From: a virus
Taxonomy: Duplodnaviria; Caudoviricetes
IMG/VR virus record: IMGVR_UViG_2862873970_000001
Location: 1 to 64,000 of that record
Strand: one strand, 5' to 3'
DNA length: 64,000 nucleotides
Part shown: positions 16,831-25,761 of the stretch, piece by piece
Position numbering within the stretch: position 1 is the first letter of the stretch
How the letters are laid out: each line of letters opens with the position of its first letter
Made by a program: the position numbers and the translations under genes
Notes under the pieces: generated by a model
Told to the model about the DNA's origin: nothing
The model's database searches: none
What the model saw: the letters and a program-made list of their open reading frames with translations, nothing else

Positions 16831-17117
16831 GCTAGTCCTCCTTATACTGAGGGTTGGTAGTTTAGTGAATGACGTCAGCTTATCACGTGTGATAAGTGAG
16901 ACACAAGACTTATGCCCGACTGAAAAGTACCGACTCCAATGTTTTGCCGACTCGCCAATGCTATTCAGTTAATGCGCTGTAGCCAGAAATTTTACGGGCC
17001 AATTTTGCGCCGATAGATCCAACGATCCCCCACCCGCTGCCACTCCAGGACAGCGGCAGACAGTGCGCGGCAGCCCGCGAAATGCCACCCATCCGTACGC
17101 CTACAGTGCTGACACAT

Positions 17118-17348
17118 CTACGAAATTCCTGCCTTGGCCAATACCATCTGAATGGTGCCCACGCCGAGACCGGTGGCGTCACGCATCTCTCGAAACGATG
17201 CGCCGGCCTGCCTGGCGTCACACAGCAACTTGTTGACCTGGGCGCGCTCATCGTTGGCCGCGGCCACGGCCGAACGCCAGGTCTGGGTACGCCCACGCAA
17301 CCGCGACAGAATCGCATCCACCTGGTCGAATTCGTCCGAAACGGTCAT
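17118..17348 (-). CDS. small HTH DNA-binding protein
   Basis: ARQAGASFREMRDATGLGVGTIQ. Confidence 0.6.
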   Translation of the reverse strand: MTVSDEFDQVDAILSRLRGRTQTWRSAVAAANDERAQVNKLLCDARQAGASFREMRDATGLGVGTIQMVLAKAGIS

Positions 17349-17560
17349 CAGCCACACTCCTTGGTCACACGTCCACAGCGGACTGCTGTATGCACCCCGT
17401 GATCCGATTTGACCACATAGAAGCCGTTGCCGGTCTGCTCGACTCGCCCAAACGTGCGAACGCCATCGCGTTCCCGTACCCACGAGACGCGATCACCGCG
17501 GTAGATCCTATCCGGGCTCTCCATGCGTACAGTATACGTACGCTCGTTTGTTGTGTCCAT
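17348..17560 (-). CDS. hypothetical protein (SH3-like beta fold)
   Basis: GDRVSW......FGRVE.....YVVKSD. Confidence 0.45.
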   Translation of the reverse strand: MDTTNERTYTVRMESPDRIYRGDRVSWVRERDGVRTFGRVEQTGNGFYVVKSDHGVHTAVRCGRVTKECG

Positions 17561-17712
17561 ACCCTGATTTCCTAGTTGCTGTAGCGAAAATTTTTGTAGC
17601 GGAAATTTTTAGCCGGCCAGCTCCGACTCGGCCCTCTCCACCGCCTCCTGGTAGGTGAGGCCCAGATTGGACTGGTACATGCAGACCAGCGCGATAAAGC
17701 GTGTCGAGTCGT

Positions 17713-17916
17713 TCACGTCCATAGCTCCTTAGCAATCTTCAATGCCTCACGCCGCACTGTGGCAGGAATCGTGAGGCCCCGCGCGAGTATCCGCCACCCG
17801 CTAGGCCATAGGGACACGCTGAATTCCTCACGCCGGCCGGATTTATGCGTGGCGACAAAATCCACACTGGGGATCGTTCCCCACTCCGCGCCGGTAACGT
17901 GCAGTGTCCAGCTCAT
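17713..17916 (-). CDS. hypothetical protein
   Basis: AGGAGG RBS. Confidence 0.55.
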   Translation of the reverse strand: MSWTLHVTGAEWGTIPSVDFVATHKSGRREEFSVSLWPSGWRILARGLTIPATVRREALKIAKELWT

Positions 17917-17978
17917 TTACTCACCTCCTAGTCTCAGTGGCATTAGACCGCTCACCTGTTTAGATGAGCGATGTAATG

Positions 17979-18164
17979 TCACTCAGATGATTCAATTTTT
18001 CGTAGCTCGTAGGGCTCTACGGTGAACTGGTCTCGGCCAGATACATTCTCAACAATGGGGAGCCCGGCATCTGGGTCAAATCCAACAAGTTCTACGGTTA
18101 GAACCTGTCCCACTTCGTAGCGCTCCGTGTCGCGCTCTGTTGCGATGAAGTGATATAGCTTCAT
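17979..18164 (-). CDS. hypothetical protein
   Basis: AAGGA RBS. Confidence 0.5.
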   Translation of the reverse strand: MKLYHFIATERDTERYEVGQVLTVELVGFDPDAGLPIVENVSGRDQFTVEPYELRKIESSE

Positions 18165-18235
18165 TTCACTGTCCTTACTACTTGTAGTGATGTAACTCCG
18201 TAAGGCTCACTAGACACGTAGTGAGCCAAGCGCAG

Positions 18236-18481
18236 TCACAAGCGCGCCACTGTGGCTATTACTTTCACGTCACCATTACGCCAGACTCTCGAATAGACGT
18301 CTCCCACGCGTTGCGGCTGATCTCCCACTAGGATCAATCCGAGACTCCGCGCATACTCGCGCGCCAAGCCTTCTGATGCCCGTATACCAGAATTGAACGC
18401 ATATTTGCTTGCCTCGCCGACTAGCTCGATTTCGTCGCCGCTGACCCGCTCAAGAGTGACATTTACAGTTGAACGTTTCAT
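18236..18481 (-). CDS. hypothetical protein
   Basis: AGGAGG RBS; TGATG coupling. Confidence 0.55.
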   Translation of the reverse strand: MKRSTVNVTLERVSGDEIELVGEASKYAFNSGIRASEGLAREYARSLGLILVGDQPQRVGDVYSRVWRNGDVKVIATVARL

Positions 18482-18969
18482 CAGTTGTAACCTCCTACAT
18501 AAGAACCGTTGTCATAGGCGTTAGGACCCGTTGCGAAGTCGGCGAACTTAGTCCGCTGCACTGCCCGGTCACTGTGGCGCTGATGTAAATGCTTACTCAC
18601 GGGCAAATAGCTGCCAGGATCCTTATCCCAATCGCTTCCGTGAGGTTGACCGGAGCAATCGATCTGTCCGGTATACAGGTTGATTTCGCAGCTATCGGGA
18701 TATGTGATACTTCCGTCGCCGTGACGATAGCCATCGCTAGGTTTCCATGGCTCGCACGGCCATTCTGCGAATAGCACGCCGCCATCGTCATAGCAGCCGG
18801 CAGGAGCATGGTTGGCATTGTTCGGACCACAGACACGGTTACCGTCGTCAACGCACGACCAGCACGGTTCATCTTCCATGCATTTAGCCGTGATGGTCCC
18901 GTGGTGGGTCGGAGCTAATCCGAGTGCTCCTACTGCCAGTGCGACACCAATTGCTTTAATCACTGTCAT
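18481..18969 (-). CDS. secreted Cys-rich hypothetical protein
   Basis: Signal peptide; C.EDEPCWSCVDDGNRVCGP motif. Confidence 0.6.
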   Translation of the reverse strand: MTVIKAIGVALAVGALGLAPTHHGTITAKCMEDEPCWSCVDDGNRVCGPNNANHAPAGCYDDGGVLFAEWPCEPWKPSDGYRHGDGSITYPDSCEINLYTGQIDCSGQPHGSDWDKDPGSYLPVSKHLHQRHSDRAVQRTKFADFATGPNAYDNGSYVGGYN

Positions 18970-19075
18970 CTCCCGAATGTGTTTGCATCCATGCAGCGGA
19001 GTCCGAGACTTCTAACTCCGCTCCCACGTCGTCTATCAGGTAGTGATAGAACCTGCTAAGTAGCGCGGGCATGAC

Positions 19076-19480
19076 TCACCTGTACCAGTACGTCACGCCG
19101 TCATATTCGACGCTGGTGTAGTCCATTCGCAGCTCGCGCGCGGCACGTTCCCAATCGATGCAATTGTGTGGCCACTGCTCCGCGCCGGTAATCGCCCCGA
19201 TGTCCTCTGCCAACTCTTGCGCGTAGTCCTCGAAATACGAGTCGCGAATCAACGTGACCGGGTACCAGTCACCGCGCCATTGCTCATCGCCACCGTTGCC
19301 GCGCAATTCGTCTAGCAGCGCAGTAAGCTCGGCGTATTCCTCGTGATCATCTTCGTGACCCTCGTATTCCGCGCCGGCAGACCCGTCGACCACAGACCCG
19401 TTTGACGTCTCTTCCAAGTACTCGACGCGTTCGATGATGTCTCGGACATCGATGATGTCTTCATAGTTGTCGATTCCCAT
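19076..19480 (-). CDS. acidic ArdA-like antirestriction protein
   Basis: Very acidic; YFEDYAQELAED...IDWERAARELRMDY resembles the ArdA C-terminal domain. Confidence 0.6.
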   Translation of the reverse strand: MGIDNYEDIIDVRDIIERVEYLEETSNGSVVDGSAGAEYEGHEDDHEEYAELTALLDELRGNGGDEQWRGDWYPVTLIRDSYFEDYAQELAEDIGAITGAEQWPHNCIDWERAARELRMDYTSVEYDGVTYWYR

Positions 19481-19564
19481 TGCCTTCTCTCTTCCCTGAA
19501 TTGTGTAGGTTGGTAGTCCTATCCCTAGTGTAAACCCGTACAGTACCCGTACGCAAGGAGTAAT

Positions 19565-19762
19565 TTGATTCACAGCGAACCATCAGCAATCGATTGCCTA
19601 GAAAAGCGTCTGGAGCTACTAGAGCACCCGACAGGCCCGGTCAAGCTGGTACAGTTCCACCACAACAGTCCCCAATTGCAGAAGCTCCGCAGACACATCG
19701 CGGAGGCAATTGTGATTACGCTGGAATCTAACGGCTACGTGGTGAAGAAACGTGCGAAGTAA
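19565..19762 (+). CDS. hypothetical protein
   Basis: AAGGAG RBS; rightward gene inside the leftward cluster. Confidence 0.5.
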   Translation: MIHSEPSAIDCLEKRLELLEHPTGPVKLVQFHHNSPQLQKLRRHIAEAIVITLESNGYVVKKRAK

Positions 19763-19937
19763 AGACGTCCAGCTCCGCACTATCGAGGTAGCGAAGAAGC
19801 TATGCGAATACGCTGGTTGCTCTGTCTCGGCCGAACATTGCGCCGATGACACGGTTAACCTCATCATTACCGTGACAGGTACTGATGACCATGCCGGCGA
19901 TCTACTACAGGCTGCGCTGGCGGCGCGGGATGCCTAG
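19752..19937 (+). CDS. hypothetical protein
   Basis: Overlap-coupled to the previous gene. Confidence 0.4.
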   Translation: MRSKDVQLRTIEVAKKLCEYAGCSVSAEHCADDTVNLIITVTGTDDHAGDLLQAALAARDA

Positions 19938-20225
19938 TTAAACCCGACTCTCCGCCATGCGTAGACGGTCGTCACGCTGGGTTATGCGGCGACCTACGAC
20001 TAGATCGTCATATCCACGCGCGACCAGCTCGCCATGCAGTCCCGCGTATTCATACTCGCGAGCTGGCACGGTGGTGTAGTACCAGTCTTTAGAGCATGCG
20101 CTATGCTGGCCCAAGTGCGCGTAGCAGGTCATTTCGCGGCCGTTGTATGTCGCGGCGATCTGCGGAAAGACTGCTACTACCTCGTTGGCCGCTTTGTCCT
20201 TGCGGAAGATAACTTTAGTGCTCAT
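19938..20225 (-). CDS. conserved phage hypothetical protein
   Basis: KVIFRK....VVAVFP...CYAH.GQHS.C; AGGAG RBS. Confidence 0.6.
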   Translation of the reverse strand: MSTKVIFRKDKAANEVVAVFPQIAATYNGREMTCYAHLGQHSACSKDWYYTTVPAREYEYAGLHGELVARGYDDLVVGRRITQRDDRLRMAESRV

Positions 20226-20337
20226 CGCGCCATACTCCTCACTGCGTTCTGCGCTGATTCCTTAGTAAAGTAGTGCTGACGTAACCGATGCCCATTCACC
20301 ACTACGGCATAGACTTGTGGGCGGATCTCGATGACCA

Positions 20338-20589
20338 TCACATTCCCCTACCTACGGTTACAGACTCGGTAACATCCTTTACCTCGGACCATTCCCGCTC
20401 GACAACGGAATCTGTTACTAGAGTCGCGTTACCGATTTCCCACTCAAACTCTTCCGCTAGCTGTTCGTCATCTGACGAGTCGTAGTCGCGCCCGGGGTGG
20501 ACAGCGCGAAGTAGCGCTAGCACCTCTTCGCGGGAGAACTCCGAGTGTAAGACTGTGGTCAACTCGCGGCGGACTGTGAATGTCGACAT
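20338..20589 (-). CDS. acidic hypothetical protein
   Basis: AGGGG RBS. Confidence 0.5.
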   Translation of the reverse strand: MSTFTVRRELTTVLHSEFSREEVLALLRAVHPGRDYDSSDDEQLAEEFEWEIGNATLVTDSVVEREWSEVKDVTESVTVGRGM

Positions 20590-20669
20590 GACTTACCCCT
20601 ATCGCGTAATGGTTGTCTCGCTCATGCCTCTATCGTACGCCTACTGTACGGCAATGTGAATACCTCACG

Positions 20670-20704
20670 CATAAAAAAGAGAGCCGGATTGCTCCGACTC
20701 TCTT
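20670..20704 (-). terminator. intrinsic terminator (leftward)
   Basis: Minus strand AGAGAGTCGG-AGCAAT-CCGGCTCTCT-TTTTT. Confidence 0.65.
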
Positions 20705-20721
20705 GGTTCCTACCTCCCTCC

Positions 20722-20955
20722 TTATCGCCCCAACTCCCGGTCTAGCCGCTCGGCTACGGCGTTTAACCCGCACTCGTAGCAGGTGACGTAATCGTTCTCG
20801 CTGCTGTCATACCATTGGCGGTCAGTACTCGCGTCCTCTGCGCTGTCCGCGTCATAGTTGGCGTAGTCAATATAAGGCTGCACGAAATGCTCCTCGCATA
20901 ACGTCGCCTCTGACATCGCCGTGCCTTGATCCGTGATCCGTGAGTACTGTTTCAC
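20722..20955 (-). CDS. acidic hypothetical protein with C..H/C..C
   Basis: AGGA RBS; LCEEH and CYEC. Confidence 0.5.
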   Translation of the reverse strand: MKQYSRITDQGTAMSEATLCEEHFVQPYIDYANYDADSAEDASTDRQWYDSSENDYVTCYECGLNAVAERLDRELGR

Positions 20956-21331
20956 GATTTGTCCTATCTCCTATCGGCTAATGGGTTCGTTGTCCAGCTG
21001 GTTTAGGTAGTCCCCTACCGCTAATGCCAGTCCGATACCAGCGTTAGCCGTGTCTAATCCGTGCGCGTCGCGGGCTTCGACGTGGTTAAACTCGCGTAAT
21101 GCTTCCCGTAGCCGCCCTAATGCGTCCATGGTGCCCTCCTAGCTGGGTTGGTAATTTCAGTGTACCCCTACAGTACGCACTCACACAATAGGAATGTCCC
21201 CATATGCTTCCCAATGTCAACAATAGTTCCAGCACACGAGCGAAGGTATTCAAGAACGCATCCAACACCTGGACCGGCATTCACCGATACCTAGGCGCCC
21301 GAGGGTTCGACACTTGGCGTGAGGCGATGAA

Positions 21332-21700
21332 ATGGGCCACTATCAAATTAACGCTGGTCAATTGAAGCGTCCCCCTAGACCCTGCACAGTGTGCGGACAG
21401 CCCGTATACCGACAGGCCCGTTGTCGCACCCATTACAAGCAAGCGGAGAAGCGTCGTGGGAATAGCTCCGAACGCGGATATGGGTCTCGACACGAGAGAA
21501 TGTTCCGCCGTCCCGTCCTAATGCGGGATCCAATATGCGTAATGCAGGACTGCGATGAACCATCCGTACACGCAGACCACTACCCCTACACCCGTAGGCA
21601 GCTAGTGCGTATGGGCCTAGACCCTGATGACCCACAGTACGGGCGTGGACTCTGCACCCATCACCACAACCAGTGGACAGCTAGCCAGCCCCGTACCTAG
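21332..21700 (+). CDS. packaging-associated HNH endonuclease
   Basis: PC..CG...C..H, RG.S.ERGYG..H, RDPIC...C.....ADH, GLC..HHN..T; start uncertain. Confidence 0.8.
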   Translation: MGHYQINAGQLKRPPRPCTVCGQPVYRQARCRTHYKQAEKRRGNSSERGYGSRHERMFRRPVLMRDPICVMQDCDEPSVHADHYPYTRRQLVRMGLDPDDPQYGRGLCTHHHNQWTASQPRT

Positions 21701-21825
21701 AGGGTTGCATGGTGTATCTATCTGCATTACATTCCCACCACTATGAGCGGTAGAGAGCCGTCGACCACCCGCGTTGTCGTGCTGGTATGAGCTAAAGAGA
21801 GCCGCTGTCCCCCTTGACGTTTGGA

Positions 21826-21995
21826 GGGGAGGGGGTGGGTCGAAATCCCTGCAGTGTCATAAGCGGGGCGACCGTTCCGGTTCGATCCGTGTCGAAGCAC
21901 GTAATCCGTTCTTGTGCAAGGGTTTTCGGAAAATAATCCAAACCCAGCTTCCCAAAAACCTCACCCCGAAACACTAAGCAGTGCAAGGGTTTTCG
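21826..21995. other. putative cos/packaging region
   Basis: GGGGAGGGGGTGGGTCGAAATCC...GACCG after the HNH gene, as in cos phages with P27-type TerS; 15-bp direct repeat GTGCAAGGGTTTTCG at 21914 and 21981. Confidence 0.5.
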
Positions 21996-22021
21996 ATTAA
22001 CGCCAACCAAGGACTCCTCGA

Positions 22022-22708
22022 CTGAAATGCGTAGACTGCGGCGTTGACCTGGAGCCGCATCAAGGGCGTGGCCGGCCGCGTAAGCGCTGCCCATCATGCT
22101 CCCCACCAGGTCGTTACTACGTTCCCACGACAAATCGCGACCAGGCAATTTGCACCTTCTGCTCCCGGTCGTTTGAGGTGACGTCGCGTCGTGGTCCGAT
22201 TGCTTTATATTGCTCACGCGCATGTCGCATGGCCAACCTTTACCGAAATCGCACCCCTAACAGGGAGTGTTCCCATTGCGGGGTCGTGATACCGGTTGGA
22301 TCCGCTCAAAGGAGATTCTGCTCCAAGGATTGCCACAACGCTTCGATGCGAAAGGGCTATCCGGTCACGAACTGCGAGACCTGCGGCATAAAGATCATCT
22401 CGGGAAGTTCGCAGCCCATCCGTTTCTGCGATGCCCACAGGCCGCCCGACTCGGCATATTCCCAAAGACGCCGCGACTTGATTAAGGGCGGCGAGCGCAT
22501 CGATCCTGTCGAGGTGTTCGAATCCGACGACTGGACGTGTGGCGTCTGCGCCGGCCCGGTCGATCCGGAGCTTAAGTTCCCCGACCCCATGGCCGCGAGC
22601 CTCGATCACATCATCCCCCTATCCCGGGGTGGCGAACATGTCAGGTCAAATGTCCAGTGCGCTCACTGGATCTGCAACTGCCGGAAGTCCGCAAAGGTTG
22701 CAGCCTGA
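22022..22708 (+). CDS. HNH endonuclease with multiple N-terminal Zn fingers
   Basis: WTCGVC, SLDHIIPLSRGG.H..SNVQCAH..CN..K; frame open from 22001 with further CxxC pairs; CTG 22022 follows AAGGA. Confidence 0.85.
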   Translation: MKCVDCGVDLEPHQGRGRPRKRCPSCSPPGRYYVPTTNRDQAICTFCSRSFEVTSRRGPIALYCSRACRMANLYRNRTPNRECSHCGVVIPVGSAQRRFCSKDCHNASMRKGYPVTNCETCGIKIISGSSQPIRFCDAHRPPDSAYSQRRRDLIKGGERIDPVEVFESDDWTCGVCAGPVDPELKFPDPMAASLDHIIPLSRGGEHVRSNVQCAHWICNCRKSAKVAA

Positions 22709-22712
22709 TCAG

Positions 22713-22862
22713 TCACGACACAGCGTCCCGCGGTAGCTGCTCTTCCTTGTAGCCGCAATGGCCACAAGTCACCATAATGAGGTCTGCAGCGCTGTCGTAA
22801 CTGGCCTTATGGGATCTGCTCTCACACTTGGGACAGAGCCACCAGCTCGAATACATCTCCAT
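22713..22862 (-). CDS. small Zn-ribbon protein (49 aa)
   Basis: CPKC...CGHCG. Confidence 0.45.
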   Translation of the reverse strand: MEMYSSWWLCPKCESRSHKASYDSAADLIMVTCGHCGYKEEQLPRDAVS

Positions 22863-22880
22863 CGCTTTGGTAAATCCGCC

Positions 22881-23138
22881 TTATGTCGCCTTAGATTGCT
22901 TGATTTCGAGTGCTTGACGTAGCCGCCAGGCGTTCGCCAAGTGCCGCGCCGACAGACCATCCTGGTAGGCGATCTGGCGCTCTAGCTGATCCTGTGGCCA
23001 CTCGGCCATACCCTCGATAACCTTGCGCTCAAAGGCGCACTGCTCGTCATCGCAGTCATAGGCGGGACCGGGCACTGACACCTGACACGATGTGCCGTCG
23101 ATGTCGATAACGTGGCTGTGGAAGTCAATCTTGCTCAT
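22881..23138 (-). CDS. cassette-type gene (85 aa)
   Basis: Stop within TTATGTCG (22881); GAGG RBS directly after GCCGATAA (23151-23158). Confidence 0.6.
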   Translation of the reverse strand: MSKIDFHSHVIDIDGTSCQVSVPGPAYDCDDEQCAFERKVIEGMAEWPQDQLERQIAYQDGLSARHLANAWRLRQALEIKQSKAT

Positions 23139-23174
23139 GGTGTCCTCTCTGCCGATAACGTTGCGAAATCGACA

Positions 23175-23399
23175 TCACGCCAGCACCGCTGTCCTGACCT
23201 GATGAACCCCACCACAGCTCCACCCATCCCGCTCATACCGCCATCCCCGCTGCCGCACGACCGCGTCCGCGTCTTCCTCACAGACTGCGTCGACCACCTG
23301 CACATGTGTACATGGCTGCGCCACCTCCCCGCGATGGCCGCGTCGACTCACGGTCTTGTCGCAGGTGTAGAGGTATCTGTTGATGACTTGTCTGGGCAT
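23175..23399 (-). CDS. hypothetical protein
   Basis: AAGGA RBS; GW....GWSCG..H motif. Confidence 0.5.
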   Translation of the reverse strand: MPRQVINRYLYTCDKTVSRRGHRGEVAQPCTHVQVVDAVCEEDADAVVRQRGWRYERDGWSCGGVHQVRTAVLA

Positions 23400-23408
23400 T
23401 CTTTTCCT

Positions 23409-23481
23409 TGGCGTGTAGCTCAATGGGCAGAGCAGCGGATTGTTAATCCGCCGGTTGGAGGTTCGAATCCTCCCGCGCCAG
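23409..23481 (+). tRNA. tRNA-Asn(GTT)
   Basis: TGGCGTG/CGCGCCA acceptor stem, GCTC-AATGGGCA-GAGC, GCGGA-TTGTTAA-TCCGC, GGAGG-TTCGAAT-CCTCC. Confidence 0.93.
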
Positions 23482-23691
23482 CCTGTAGCCGTCGAGATAG
23501 GGCTCCAGTGGCATTGAGAACTTGAGATGGACGACGCCGAGGTAATTGCCGACTTCGTCATAGACCTCGCAGAAGCTGTACATGCCGTCGAGGTGGTCGA
23601 ATTCCACCCACCCGTCCGGATAGTCCCCAGGGCATAGCCCATGGATCTTCGGCCGCGGATTCTGCCGCTGCGGTAGGTCGCTTAACTGCAT
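23443..23691 (-). CDS. hypothetical protein
   Basis: AAGGA RBS; FDHLDGMYSFC motif; 3' end overlaps the tRNA antisense. Confidence 0.55.
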   Translation of the reverse strand: MQLSDLPQRQNPRPKIHGLCPGDYPDGWVEFDHLDGMYSFCEVYDEVGNYLGVVHLKFSMPLEPYLDGYRLAREDSNLQPAD

Positions 23692-23701
23692 GATAGATCC
23701 T

Positions 23702-23911
23702 TCACGCCAGTCCCCACTCAAAGTCGGATATGCGTCGCTTGAGGCGCCAGTTCCACCACCGCACGGGCGTCCAGAATGACGTGGGCGGCGCACAGCCGTC
23801 AGTGTCGAATGCGTACAGGTACCGGCCGCACTCGCAGAGCCATATGCTCCCCAGCGGACGGTCGGGCGGATCGCAACGATGCCTCTTGCCCGCTACGTAC
23901 ACGTCAGTCAT
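23702..23911 (-). CDS. hypothetical protein (Cys motifs)
   Basis: HRC.PP...G.IW.C.CG; ATGA coupling. Confidence 0.5.
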   Translation of the reverse strand: MTDVYVAGKRHRCDPPDRPLGSIWLCECGRYLYAFDTDGCAPPTSFWTPVRWWNWRLKRRISDFEWGLA

Positions 23912-24180
23912 ACGTACTCGGCCTCTCGCAGTGCTTCGAAGACCCGATCAGCGTCGGGAACCACCAGCTCGTTCAGTAGGGTGAGGATGCGCTCGTTGAT
24001 GGGCGGGGCGTCGGCCGGCCAATGGTCGGTGGCGTTCTCCATCAGGGCCTCGTAGATGGTCTGCCACGCAGGATCGTCCTGATATTCGGACAGCTCCTCA
24101 CTGGCGTCTCTCCTCTCGGCTAGACGGCTCTGCCAGTCCCCCAGGCCCCACCATTGCGGATTTGGGACGATATCGCCCAT
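23908..24180 (-). CDS. hypothetical protein
   Basis: GGGAGG RBS. Confidence 0.55.
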   Translation of the reverse strand: MGDIVPNPQWWGLGDWQSRLAERRDASEELSEYQDDPAWQTIYEALMENATDHWPADAPPINERILTLLNELVVPDADRVFEALREAEYV

Positions 24181-24269
24181 AATCCCTCCCTAACCTCACT
24201 AAACTCGGCGCAAAGCGCCCTAAACCCCCCCGAATCCTACTGTACCCGTACGCAGGGTGTCCATAGCCT

Positions 24270-24896
24270 CTACGCTGACTGTTCTAGTTCGCGTGAGGGA
24301 TCGTGGTTGTGAATTCCGTAGTCACGCAGCATGGAGGACATGGCCAGGTAGCGTCTGGCGTCACGGAACTGCCGAGCACACGGCTTGGCGAGCCTGTCGT
24401 CACACCAGTAGGCGACGACCCGGGCGTACTGGGTGCGAAAGCCCTTGGTGCCGATGATGGTCTGGCCCTCGGCGGCGACCACGGCGACGACATGCTGGGC
24501 GCTGTCGCCGTACTGCTTGTTGAGGCATTCGAGGGACAGTGTGGCGTAGATGCCACAGTGGCAACCCTCGCCTGGGGCTTCGTGTTCACCAAGGTGATTC
24601 AGCGCCTTTATCAGTGCTGATACCGACTGCGGATCGTCCACGCACTCGGCTTTGCAAGTCCCGTCAGCCCAATGCGATCCCGGCATGGTTACCGAGCACA
24701 GGGTCAGTGGATCCGCGGGATTGTCCGCAAATGGATCCCAGGGCTCGGTGCCGAACAGGATGTCGAGCCTTGTGAATGAATTAAAGAATCCCCACCGGTT
24801 GCCCGCATCCACCTGACTGGCGGGCAGCGCCCTGAATGTACGGAGCCCGTACCGGGCTACCTCCAGGTCAACCTTTTCCCCAGAGTAGTCACTCAT
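24270..24896 (-). CDS. conserved actinophage hypothetical protein
   Basis: H.AP...C.CGIYA...G.TIIGTKGFR.QYARVVA. Confidence 0.7.
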   Translation of the reverse strand: MSDYSGEKVDLEVARYGLRTFRALPASQVDAGNRWGFFNSFTRLDILFGTEPWDPFADNPADPLTLCSVTMPGSHWADGTCKAECVDDPQSVSALIKALNHLGEHEAPGEGCHCGIYATLSLECLNKQYGDSAQHVVAVVAAEGQTIIGTKGFRTQYARVVAYWCDDRLAKPCARQFRDARRYLAMSSMLRDYGIHNHDPSRELEQSA

Positions 24897-25098
24897 GCCG
24901 GCACCGGCTCCTTCTCTGGAACCTTCACGGGTGAAGGTGCGGGTTCGGGTGCTGGTTGCCGAACAGGCTTGGTCGCGGGGAGGACTTCTACCCTGCGTGG
25001 ATTGGTGCCGATGTCGCCCATTTACGCTCCTAAGTTTTAGTCGGGCTCAATTCCCGTTAATCGTTATCCTACTGTACCTGTACGGAGGTGTCTATATT

Positions 25099-25575
25099 AT
25101 GGGCCAACGTGGACCCAAACCGCGGCCAACTCACCTGAAGGTGGTGGCCGGCGAGCAGGAGTCGCGCATCAACCGTGATGAGCCATTACCCACCGAGGGC
25201 GAAGTTGTCGCCCCTGAGGGCATGTCAGAGGCCGCAAGGGCTATCTGGGATGAACTGGCTCCAGACCTGATCGACAAGGGCTGCCTCACGCCGTGGGACG
25301 TCTACACGTTCGAAGCGTTCTGTCAGGCCGTCGCCCTCTACCGAGAGTGCCGCGACCTGCTGTACGAAGGCCAGTCGGAGTACGGCCGGTTTGTGGAACG
25401 CGGTGCGGCCGGCGGTGTTATCAAGTCCCCCTACCACCAGATGATGAGGGACCACGTCGAGACGATGGCCAAGCTGGGATCCCGCTTCGGCTTCACCCCG
25501 GGTGATCGTGCCAACCTCCGACTCGACGCCAGTGATAACGGGCCCGCACAGGGCGCCGAGAGGCTACTTAGTTAG
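25099..25575 (+). CDS. terminase small subunit (P27 family)
   Basis: RGPKPRPT.LKVV.G, A..IW.EL, FG.TP..RA.L; GGAGG RBS. Confidence 0.9.
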   Translation: MGQRGPKPRPTHLKVVAGEQESRINRDEPLPTEGEVVAPEGMSEAARAIWDELAPDLIDKGCLTPWDVYTFEAFCQAVALYRECRDLLYEGQSEYGRFVERGAAGGVIKSPYHQMMRDHVETMAKLGSRFGFTPGDRANLRLDASDNGPAQGAERLLS

Positions 25576-25761
25576 TGGCCACCTACCGCTTAGAGGCGTG
25601 GCTCAGCCACCCCGAGGGGGACATGGAAGACGAGTTGCAGGATCGCGTCGCGATGGCCATTCGTGGTGCCCAGGTCGGCATCAAAGAGGGTCCGGTGATC
25701 TTCCGCATCTACCCCTACGACCCGTCTGACACCGCCGCGTCGCTCTAGCGCCGAGTACACC

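Noticed and set aside
21860-21900. tRNA fragment suggested by GGTTCGATCC
   Set aside because: No cloverleaf arms around it; the context fits the cos region.
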